Assembly: GCA_038257245.1 (NCBI GenBank)
Contig: JBBSJL010000001.1
Coordinates: forward strand, 23,776-87,775
Origin: Candidatus Saccharimonadales bacterium
GTDB lineage: Bacteria > Patescibacteriota > Saccharimonadia > Saccharimonadales > JACQNP01
Length of the DNA stretch: 64,000 nucleotides
Direction: 5' to 3'
The notes under the pieces: generated by a model
Databases searched by the model: none
Told to the model about the DNA's origin: nothing
Seen by the model: the letters and a program-made list of their open reading frames with translations, nothing else
Shown: positions 29,460 through 38,003 of the stretch, in pieces
How the letters are laid out: each line of letters begins with the position of its first letter
How positions within the stretch are numbered: position 1 is the first letter of the stretch
Position numbers and translations under genes: made by a program

Positions 29460-29807
29460 ATGACATATTCAAATTCATTATCAGTAAATCGGCAACGTCT
29501 TGTAGGAAAAAACCAAAATACTACAAAGATTAAAACGAGCGTTCAATCTATTGGCCCAGTAACTAATACGATTATTCTTATTGTGCTGGCATGTCTACTC
29601 GGTTTGCTTTATCTGACTCAGGTAACAAAGACCAATGCCTACAGCTATCAACTTAATAACTTGCGTAAAGAACAAACATCGCTCAATGAGGAGCAGGCGC
29701 AACTAGAAGTTGACTCAGCAAGATTACAAGCTTTAGATCGCGCTAAAAACAGTGAAGTTGCTAAAAACTTTGTATCGTTAGCACCAAGTGCAACTATCCA
29801 AAATTAA
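29460..29807 (+). CDS. ftsL: Cell division protein FtsL-like (septum formation initiator family)
   Basis: Single TM followed by a coiled coil, in the conserved position between rsmH and ftsI. Confidence 0.5.
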   Translation: MTYSNSLSVNRQRLVGKNQNTTKIKTSVQSIGPVTNTIILIVLACLLGLLYLTQVTKTNAYSYQLNNLRKEQTSLNEEQAQLEVDSARLQALDRAKNSEVAKNFVSLAPSATIQN

Positions 29808-29824
29808 GGTATAATAATAGTTGC

Positions 29825-31594
29825 ATGAGCAGCAAACAAAAAGGCTTACATTTAAGGCAAATAAGTCGCGTCCGTCTTTGGTATGCGATATTGCTATTTG
29901 TTACGGCAGCATTTATTGTTAGACTGTTTTATCTTCAGATTATCAGACACGATTTTTACAAAACCGCAGCCTTAAACAGTCAGCTAAAAGAATATGAAAT
30001 TCCTGCTAAAAGGGGAGTGATAGAAGCTCATAATGGTGACGGGGTTGTACCAATCGTGCTCAACGAGACAAAATATACCCTATTTGCAGACCCAAAGTTT
30101 ATTAAAGATCCTAAAGCTGCTGCAGAGGGTATACAGAGTATAATTGGTGGTGAAGTTAGTGAGTACGAAGAGTTAGCAAAAACACCTAATACAAGATATG
30201 TAATACTAGCTAAAAAACTTGACAAAGAACAAAGCGACAAACTCAATGAACTCGAACTAAAGGGTGTAGGAACCCGCGAAACAGATTATCGTACATATCC
30301 ACAAGGCGCTCTTGCTTCTCAGCTTTTGGGTTTTGTTAATGATGAAAACGAAGGTAACTATGGAATCGAGCAAGCACTTAATGACGAGCTCGACGGCACG
30401 GCAGGGTTGTTAAAAGCAATAACAGACGCTCAAGGAGTACCGCTAGCTTCTCAGAGACAAAATGTATTGGTTGAACCCAGCGGGGGGAAGAGAATTCTTT
30501 TGACAATTGATCTAGGTTTACAACAACGCCTAGAAGACATATTGAAAAAGGGGCTCGAAAATGCCAAGTCCGAATCAGGAGGCGCAATTGTAATTAACGT
30601 TAAAACAGGTGAAGTAAAGGCCATGGCAAATTATCCAACATATTCGCCAGCCGATTACACAAAAGTAGAAGATGCTTCGGTTTTCACTAACCCTGTTGTT
30701 AGCTCACCGCTAGAGGTTGGCTCTATTATGAAGCCTTTAACAACTGCAGCTGCGATAAACCAGGGAGTTGTCCATCGTTATACATCATATTTTGATCCTG
30801 GTTATTTCAAAGTTGATGATGCGACGATCACAAATATTGAAGAAGTCGGTGGGGCTACTACGAGGACTGTCCAGGATATAATCCAATTGTCATTAAACAC
30901 TGGCGCTACATGGTTACTCATGCAAATGGGTGGTGGCCAAATAAATCAAAAAGCAAGGAACACATGGCATGAATATATGACGAATCGATATCAATTCGGC
31001 AAACTTAGTGGAATCGAGCAAGGTTACGAGGCAGGGGGTACAATTCCGGATCCAAACGAGGGCTACGGCTTAAATATTCAATATGCTAACACGGCATTTG
31101 GCCAGGGTATGACGGCCACACCATTACAAATGGCGAGTGCGTTTGCGAGTGTTATTAACGGCGGAACGTATTATAAACCAACTCTAGTCGATAAAGTCAT
31201 TTCTGAAGATGGTACCATTGACGACAAACAACCACAGGTTGTAAAAGAAAATGTTGTCACAAAAGAAACATCCAAAGAGTTGTTAGACATACTAGAATAC
31301 GCGTTTTCAAAGAATCATACCTTTTATGGCTTGCCGAATCTTCGACCACAGTACCTGATGGGGGGCAAGACTGGAACAGCACAGGTTCCAGCTCCAGATG
31401 GTACTTATTATGAAGATAGATTTAACGGTACGTTTCTAGGCTTTGTCGGCGGTAATGAGCCAGAATACGTAGTTGCAGTAAGAGTAAACGAACCAAAGAT
31501 TGGTGGTTATGCAGGGTCAAAAGCCGCTGCGCCTATAGCCATGGAAATGTTAAATGTTCTGATAGACAATTATAATGTACTGCCCAAGAAGTAG
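29825..31594 (+). CDS. ftsI: Penicillin-binding protein (class B transpeptidase, FtsI/PBP2-like)
   Basis: N-terminal TM, a dimerisation domain and a transpeptidase with SIMK (SxxK), SLN-like and KTGT motifs. Confidence 0.85.
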   Translation: MSSKQKGLHLRQISRVRLWYAILLFVTAAFIVRLFYLQIIRHDFYKTAALNSQLKEYEIPAKRGVIEAHNGDGVVPIVLNETKYTLFADPKFIKDPKAAAEGIQSIIGGEVSEYEELAKTPNTRYVILAKKLDKEQSDKLNELELKGVGTRETDYRTYPQGALASQLLGFVNDENEGNYGIEQALNDELDGTAGLLKAITDAQGVPLASQRQNVLVEPSGGKRILLTIDLGLQQRLEDILKKGLENAKSESGGAIVINVKTGEVKAMANYPTYSPADYTKVEDASVFTNPVVSSPLEVGSIMKPLTTAAAINQGVVHRYTSYFDPGYFKVDDATITNIEEVGGATTRTVQDIIQLSLNTGATWLLMQMGGGQINQKARNTWHEYMTNRYQFGKLSGIEQGYEAGGTIPDPNEGYGLNIQYANTAFGQGMTATPLQMASAFASVINGGTYYKPTLVDKVISEDGTIDDKQPQVVKENVVTKETSKELLDILEYAFSKNHTFYGLPNLRPQYLMGGKTGTAQVPAPDGTYYEDRFNGTFLGFVGGNEPEYVVAVRVNEPKIGGYAGSKAAAPIAMEMLNVLIDNYNVLPKK

Positions 31595-31616
31595 AGTATA
31601 ATGTGAAAGTAATAAA

Positions 31617-32657
31617 ATGCCAGAAATAATACAGTTATCACTAGAAACAAACACGTTAATCCGAATTCTCCTTCTAGGTTTCGGTTGTTTTGTTCTGAGC
31701 ATGTTGATTACGCCAATATACACCTACGTCGCATATAAAGGTAAGTGGTGGAAACAACAGCGTACGGATGCGTGGGCTGGCGGCGAAGCAAAAGTATACA
31801 AAAAACTCCACGCAGAAAAACATAAGCGGAATATCCCGACGATGGCGGGCTTAATATTTGTAGCCTCAATTGTGATAACAACTATTTTATTTAATCTAGA
31901 TCGTTCTCAAACATGGCTTCCGTTGGCTGGCATGATTTTTGCGGGTATAATTGGGCTAATTGATGACTGGATGAACATTCGAGGAGGCGGAACGGGTGTT
32001 GCTGGGATGCGTTCTAAAATTAAGTTTACTCTACATAGCGTAGTTGCGTTGATGGGTGGTTGGTGGTTTTGGGCAAAACTTGACGTTACAAGTGTTCAGG
32101 TTCCAGGGCTTGGACAACTTTATTTAGGTGTAATCGTAGTCATTCTATTCTGGTTGGTTGTGGTTGCTACAGCCAATGCTGTGAATATCTCTGATGGTCT
32201 AGATGGCCTAGCAGGAGGGCTTTTATCTACTTCGTTTGCGGTGTATGCAGTCATAACGGCAATTCAGGGTAAATACGCTCTTGCGGCGTTCTGTGCAGCT
32301 GCTGTAGGTGCGCTACTCAGTTATACGTGGTTCAATATCTATCCTGCTAGGTTTTTTATGGGTGATGTTGGCTCATTTGCACTAGGAACCGCACTAGGCA
32401 TAATTGCTATGCAAACAGACACGATCTTCATTTTGCCAATAATCGGAATTGTTTTTGTGGCAGAGACGGGCTCGGTTATCATTAATCGAGCATCCAAAAA
32501 ATTAAGAAATGGCAAAAAAGTTTTCCTTTCATCACCTATACATCATCATTTTGAAGCCATTGGTTGGCCAGAAACAAAAATAACAATGCGGTTTTGGGTT
32601 CTTGGCCACGTTGCGGGCGTAGTTGGTCTTGCCATATTCTTGCTTGGTAGGACGTAG
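31617..32657 (+). CDS. mraY: Phospho-N-acetylmuramoyl-pentapeptide transferase
   Basis: Polytopic, with DD motifs (IGLIDDW, NAVNISDGLDGLA) and a HHHFE-type motif. Confidence 0.9.
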   Translation: MPEIIQLSLETNTLIRILLLGFGCFVLSMLITPIYTYVAYKGKWWKQQRTDAWAGGEAKVYKKLHAEKHKRNIPTMAGLIFVASIVITTILFNLDRSQTWLPLAGMIFAGIIGLIDDWMNIRGGGTGVAGMRSKIKFTLHSVVALMGGWWFWAKLDVTSVQVPGLGQLYLGVIVVILFWLVVVATANAVNISDGLDGLAGGLLSTSFAVYAVITAIQGKYALAAFCAAAVGALLSYTWFNIYPARFFMGDVGSFALGTALGIIAMQTDTIFILPIIGIVFVAETGSVIINRASKKLRNGKKVFLSSPIHHHFEAIGWPETKITMRFWVLGHVAGVVGLAIFLLGRT

Positions 32658-32659
32658 AT

Positions 32660-33925
32660 ATGACAAGTAGTCGTGCCAGGAGGGCGTCTGTGATCAACAA
32701 GAATGGGCCAAAACAGAGACGCCATCGGCCAGATTATTGGTTGATTATACTAGCATCTATTCTACTGGTCATTGGTTTAGTAGTTGTGTATTCAATAAGC
32801 CCAGGGCTGGCAGCACAGAGTAGCGTTAGCGATAATTACTACTCCTCCAAACAAGTCATTTCAATTATCTTAGGCATTGTCGCTTTTGTTGGGGCTTCAT
32901 ACGTACCAATTGATAGGTGGAAAAATTATGAAAAGCCAATGATTATATTATCGGTGATTGCGTCAATTGCCGTCGTGGCTTTTGGGGAACGAATTAACGG
33001 TGCTTTTCGCTGGATACAAATAGGTGGATTTTCTTTTCAGGCGGTAGAGCTTATTAAATTTACGCTGCTATTTTGGTTAGCGGGCTTTCTTACTCAGCGG
33101 GCTAATAGCAATGAGCTGCATAGTGATAAGAAAACAACTCAGCCATTGCTTGTACTATTGTTCATAATTGCCTTAGTAGTTGCAAACCCAGCCCTCCAAA
33201 GCGATCTAGGGTCAACCGGTGTCTTAGTGGCAATGATTGCAGCAATGACATTTGTGGTAGCTTTGCCGATGAAGAGGGTTCTAGGCATTGGACTTATCGT
33301 TATCATAGGCACTACTTTATTGATCGCTTCCTCACCTTATCGACGAGATAGGTTGCAAACCTATCTACAACCAGAAAGAGATTGTCAAAACAGTGGTTAT
33401 CAGGCGTGCCAGGCTTTGATTGCGGTTGGTTCCGGGGGCGTATTCGGTAAAGGTATCGCCCATAGTGTCCAGGCTTATGGATATTTACCAGAAGCGGCAA
33501 ATGATTCAATCTTTGCGATATACGCTGAGAAATTCGGTTTCGTTGGGGTCTCAATCATACTAGTTTTGTTTGCCACGTTGTTTACAAGGTTAAAAAATGT
33601 TATTGAAAAGGCGCCCAATATTTACAGTAGGTTACTAGTTACTGGTGTCTTAGCCTGGCTTAGTACCCAGGCAATCATAAATATTGGCGCGATGATTGGT
33701 CTTCTCCCACTTAAGGGCATAACATTGCCATTTATTAGTTACGGAGGTACCAGTATAATATTTGTTATGGCTTCACTGGGGGTCGTGTTTAATATATCAA
33801 GATATACTACTTTTGCAATCAATAATAGCCTAGATAACGAAGGGAAAAATAGTGAAGATTCTACTGACCGGCGGGGGAACAGGCGGGCATATTATGCCCC
33901 TTCTGGCCGTCGCCCACGAACTTAA
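32660..33925 (+). CDS. ftsW: Peptidoglycan glycosyltransferase FtsW/RodA (SEDS family)
   Basis: About 10 TMs, a conserved periplasmic loop and dcw context. Confidence 0.85.
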   Translation: MTSSRARRASVINKNGPKQRRHRPDYWLIILASILLVIGLVVVYSISPGLAAQSSVSDNYYSSKQVISIILGIVAFVGASYVPIDRWKNYEKPMIILSVIASIAVVAFGERINGAFRWIQIGGFSFQAVELIKFTLLFWLAGFLTQRANSNELHSDKKTTQPLLVLLFIIALVVANPALQSDLGSTGVLVAMIAAMTFVVALPMKRVLGIGLIVIIGTTLLIASSPYRRDRLQTYLQPERDCQNSGYQACQALIAVGSGGVFGKGIAHSVQAYGYLPEAANDSIFAIYAEKFGFVGVSIILVLFATLFTRLKNVIEKAPNIYSRLLVTGVLAWLSTQAIINIGAMIGLLPLKGITLPFISYGGTSIIFVMASLGVVFNISRYTTFAINNSLDNEGKNSEDSTDRRGNRRAYYAPSGRRPRT

Positions 33926-35012
33926 GAAACAAAATCCAGACTGTAAGATAGTTTATGTTGGCGAAAGAAACGGTAAATATATTAGTATGCTTGATGGCAA
34001 TGTTGATATTGATGATTTTCGCAGTATTTTTGCTGGCAAGTTCCGACGCTATCATGGTGAGTCATGGTTTAACAGACTGACAGATATAAAAACCCTACTA
34101 TTAAACGTTAGGGACTTTCTATATTTACTCATAGGAACAGCACAGAGCTTGTTAATCGTTAGAAGAATAGACCCAGATGTAATTTTTCTAAAAGGCGGTT
34201 TCGTAGGTGTGCCCATAGGCCTAAGTGGAGCATTTTGGGGTAAGAAGATGGTTACTCACGATTCGGATGCTGCCTCTGGGTTGGCTAATCGACTTATAAG
34301 TCGCTGGGTAATGTATCATGCAACCGCTATGTCAGCCCAATACTATAAATATCCAGGAGAGGCAGTTAAGCACGTCGGGGTGCTGGTCGGGTCTGATTAT
34401 AAATATGTAAGTTCAAAGCTAAGTCATGCATATAGGCAGGAACTGGACATTCCTACTGATGCGAAAGTTTTAATGATTACTGGCGGCAGTCATGGCGCAG
34501 CAGCTATCAATCAGGAAATTGCTAGGTTCGCCATGACTTATCTTAAAAAAGACGATAAATTGCACATGATCCATATAGCCGGCAAGGGCAAGACGGGTGT
34601 TTATGAGGATATATCTCATCCACGCCTACAGATACACGAGCTAGTATCGGACATGTTCAAATATAGTGGTGCCGCTGATGTTATTGTTACTCGAGCGGGG
34701 GCTAACACATTAGCCGAATTTGGTGTTCAGGCAAAATCCTGCGTAGTTGTCCCAAATCCTTTGCTAACTGGCGGCCACCAACTAATAAACGCTGAATATT
34801 TAGCCGCTAATGAAGCAGCTATAATTGTAGATGAAAACACCTTTGGGGAAGAACAGGGAAGTGTTCTCTGGTCTGAAATCGACACATTATTATATAAGGA
34901 CCAGAAACTTGCAAAGAAGCTGGCAGATAATTTCCATACAATAACTATCAAAGATGCAGCAAAGCAGATAGCCAAACTATTAATAAATATTTCAAACGGT
35001 GATGTCGACTGA
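33852..35012 (+). CDS. murG: UDP-GlcNAc:lipid I N-acetylglucosaminyltransferase
   Basis: ILLTGGGTGGHIMP G-loop and a GT-B C-terminal domain. Overlaps the ftsW 3' end by about 74 nt. Confidence 0.85.
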   Translation: MKILLTGGGTGGHIMPLLAVAHELKKQNPDCKIVYVGERNGKYISMLDGNVDIDDFRSIFAGKFRRYHGESWFNRLTDIKTLLLNVRDFLYLLIGTAQSLLIVRRIDPDVIFLKGGFVGVPIGLSGAFWGKKMVTHDSDAASGLANRLISRWVMYHATAMSAQYYKYPGEAVKHVGVLVGSDYKYVSSKLSHAYRQELDIPTDAKVLMITGGSHGAAAINQEIARFAMTYLKKDDKLHMIHIAGKGKTGVYEDISHPRLQIHELVSDMFKYSGAADVIVTRAGANTLAEFGVQAKSCVVVPNPLLTGGHQLINAEYLAANEAAIIVDENTFGEEQGSVLWSEIDTLLYKDQKLAKKLADNFHTITIKDAAKQIAKLLINISNGDVD

Positions 35013-35941
35013 TGTTGGGTAAAAAGAAAAATAATAATATCAAGACTCGGCAAGGCAGAAAAGCTCCATCTTCTGCGCAGAACGGCAAAAATAATAACAA
35101 GGTATTCTCGTACTACTCGAGTCGTTCCCAGATAGAAACTGCCCGACCACGCAACGACACTTTTGATCAAAAAACCAAGACATCCAACAGAGACCTCAGA
35201 CATATCCCAACTCTGTTTGCGTTACTTGTAATTGTTTTTTCGATAGGATATGCAACGATGATCAATACGGCTAATCCCAAAATTGTTCCATTGTCACCAA
35301 CGTCAATATCTATACTAAAGCAGACAGACTATTACCAACAGAGCTTCGAGGATATATTGAGTGAAAGCATTATGAGTAAATCAAAAATAACGATTGATAC
35401 CAAAGATCTAGAGAAAAAAATACTCAAAAAACACCCTGAACTACAAGATGTTTCAATCAACATCCCCCTTGTTAGCAAAAGGCCAGTTATTCAAATAAGT
35501 CCTGCTATCCCAGTTCTGATAATAACCTCAAATACAGGAGAGTTTGTCATAGGTGATAACGGTAAAGTTCTTATGAATATGTCAGAAGTCCCAGAAAACC
35601 AATACCAGGGATTGATAAGGGTAAAAGACAGTGTTATAAGTGATATTGGCGTAGGCGAAACAGTTTTACCCCTTTCGACGTTAGAGTTCATAGACGACAT
35701 AAAATATCAGTTTCAACAGAGAAACTTCGAAGCTGAATATATAGAATTACCCGCAATAGCTAACGAACTACATGTTAGACCCAGAGGGGAAGGGTACATA
35801 GTTAAATATAATCTACAGATTGATGCCAGGGAACAGACTGGTGTTTACTTTACGCTTCTAGATAAGTTAAAAGCTGAATCAGCTGCATTGCCAAAGGAAT
35901 ACATAGACGTCCGCATAGAGTCCAGGGCATATTATAAGTAA
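35012..35941 (+). CDS. ftsQ: Cell division protein FtsQ/DivIB-like
   Basis: Basic N-terminus, one TM, POTRA-like then beta domain; dcw position. Confidence 0.6.
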   Translation: MLGKKKNNNIKTRQGRKAPSSAQNGKNNNKVFSYYSSRSQIETARPRNDTFDQKTKTSNRDLRHIPTLFALLVIVFSIGYATMINTANPKIVPLSPTSISILKQTDYYQQSFEDILSESIMSKSKITIDTKDLEKKILKKHPELQDVSINIPLVSKRPVIQISPAIPVLIITSNTGEFVIGDNGKVLMNMSEVPENQYQGLIRVKDSVISDIGVGETVLPLSTLEFIDDIKYQFQQRNFEAEYIELPAIANELHVRPRGEGYIVKYNLQIDAREQTGVYFTLLDKLKAESAALPKEYIDVRIESRAYYK

Positions 35942-36782
35942 GTCCCCGATCCCTCTACCCTGACAGTTCGTAATTTGTTCATATTAGTGTACTTATAAAA
36001 CATACAAAAAAACTATACGATAATGCCAAAAGGGCAGAATGTCAAATATTTATGTAACAACAGCGTAGTGTAGGGGAAAGACCACAAATAATATCAAAGT
36101 AGTGAAAAAGCAAACATTTCACGACAAGGCTGTGGAAAAGTCAAGCATTGCACAAACATACAACATCAAGAGTAGCTACTAAGTATGCCGCCGCCGGCAA
36201 AGCGCAATAGTTAAGCCAGGATCAAGTAAACAGTCAAAAGCAGCGGTTAGTAATAAAAAGTCCCCTACGCAGGCGGGTATAAGTTATCAACTATTAACAG
36301 GTATTGCGAGTCGCAAAAGGTATATTGTGCGACATCATGTCTATGTGTATGTTTGTTGTTTTGGTATTGCTGCCTGCCACGTTGTCTCCGTGTTAGTCTC
36401 GATTACCTAAGCTTATTTGCTTTCTCTATCACTTGCCCTACTTAGTGCCCAGCTGTTACGTTCTTGGTTGTTGTCATTGTTTTAGTTTATCGAAAAAAAA
36501 TAGTTGGTGTTTGGTGTTCGTAAAATGTTCTTAGTTATGAAATTATCTTTTTGCTAGTATTGTTGAGCGGTTACTTCAAGTACATTATCCGTGCGTGTCA
36601 GAACCTCTTTAAACGATGCGGTTTCATAGTAACCCGAGTAGTCTAAATATATGTATCGTAAAAATGTTGGCTCGTCGGAATCGAGTGACCCACAATTACT
36701 GAGACGAACGATGTTCGTCTCAGTATCAAATTCAGGAAGTTCTAGCCTTAAATAGCGTACTTGCTTGATGTGCCATTACTTT

Positions 36783-37835
36783 TTAAGCTATGGTGTATGT
36801 TGCTTTGGCTGTTCGTTTGAACTGCAGCTTACCTTGTAGATTCAATAGGATAGTCGTTTCTTTAACGTAGCGGCTTTTTAGAACTTCTTTAACGATTTCG
36901 TCTCGGTGCATTGGTTTGCCAGTTTTTTGTAGCACTTCTGTTATGACGTCGGCGACAGTCCCTTTGCTATAACCCCATTCTCTTAGTGCGTATATCCCAC
37001 GGCCGATAAGAACAAATCGTTTATCTTTGATAAGTTCGTTGTGAATTGCTTGTGTAGTTACATCTTTGCGTTTAAATTCAGAATCTTTAATGGCAGCAGC
37101 AATTTCGTTGAAGTGCATGTACTTACCATTTTCGCTAAGTATTACGTAGATCTTATCTCGAATATTCTTAGGGTTAACTAGCGGCCATTTGATAAGCCCC
37201 CAACGATCGTTAAGGGTAGCTAGTTTTTTAGAAGTAGATGCAAGTGCCCGAGTATTAGAAACATCCTTAAGTCCAGCCGCTTCAGATACTTCTCCAATAG
37301 AAGCTGGTTTAGCGAGTTTCTTAATTGCGTCGATTACCTTAATTACGTTTGCCTTAATTTTCTTTTCATCGTTAATCTTCTTTACGCCCACAGAAAGGTA
37401 GAAATTATCGTTCTCGTCAATTACTGCAATTTCTGGGCAAAGTGCTGACAGGAATGAGACTTTAGAATAATCTGTCTTCACTGCGGTTTTTATAATGACT
37501 GCAGTTAGATCAGTAATTCTGGATACGCCACCCAGTGTAGCTATGTGGTCTGTAAGAGTTTTTTGTACATCATTGATATGAGGAAGTTTCCCCTGCTCTG
37601 CTTGGGCTCGCATTCGAGTTAATATGGCTTTCTCAAGCTGTCGTACACGTTCCCTAGTGATACCCAGTAATTCACCAATTTGTTCGAGTGTTTCTCGTCT
37701 GTCGTATAAACCAAAACGACGTGAAATAATTTCTCGCTCACGTTCTCTATCAATTGACCCCAACACGTCTTTAATAATACCGTCTAGATTTAATTGATTT
37801 GTCGCTACTTCAGCCATATTGTTCCTTTTCCTCAT
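36783..37835 (-). CDS. Protein with N-terminal sigma-70 region-4 HTH fused to a roughly 260-aa uncharacterised domain
   Basis: REREIISRRFGL...TLEQIGELLGITRERVRQLEKAIL closely matches the sigma-70 region 4.2 consensus. No region 2 or 3 is seen. Confidence 0.5.
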   Translation of the reverse strand: MRKRNNMAEVATNQLNLDGIIKDVLGSIDREREREIISRRFGLYDRRETLEQIGELLGITRERVRQLEKAILTRMRAQAEQGKLPHINDVQKTLTDHIATLGGVSRITDLTAVIIKTAVKTDYSKVSFLSALCPEIAVIDENDNFYLSVGVKKINDEKKIKANVIKVIDAIKKLAKPASIGEVSEAAGLKDVSNTRALASTSKKLATLNDRWGLIKWPLVNPKNIRDKIYVILSENGKYMHFNEIAAAIKDSEFKRKDVTTQAIHNELIKDKRFVLIGRGIYALREWGYSKGTVADVITEVLQKTGKPMHRDEIVKEVLKSRYVKETTILLNLQGKLQFKRTAKATYTIA

Positions 37836-38003
37836 CTGTTAATACATATGCTTTACCATAATTGTAAAACAAATGTTACTAATAGTCAACAACAATGTGT
37901 TGTATATCTCTATTTTAGCACGAAATGGACTATATTACTCAAAAAGTGTTGTAGAAATACTATAGGACCATAGCCTTGCACAGATACAAAATTGTGGAAA
38001 AAA

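Noticed and set aside
35942-36782. RNase P RNA, tmRNA or SRP RNA in the large non-coding gaps (also 41468-41875)
   Set aside because: I looked for hallmark sequences (GGAAAGUCCGGGC and ACAGAACCCGGCUUA for RNase P; tRNA-like ends with a UCCACCA terminus for tmRNA; a GGAA-tetraloop helix 8 for SRP) and found no convincing matches. The regions are reported only as candidate ncRNA loci.
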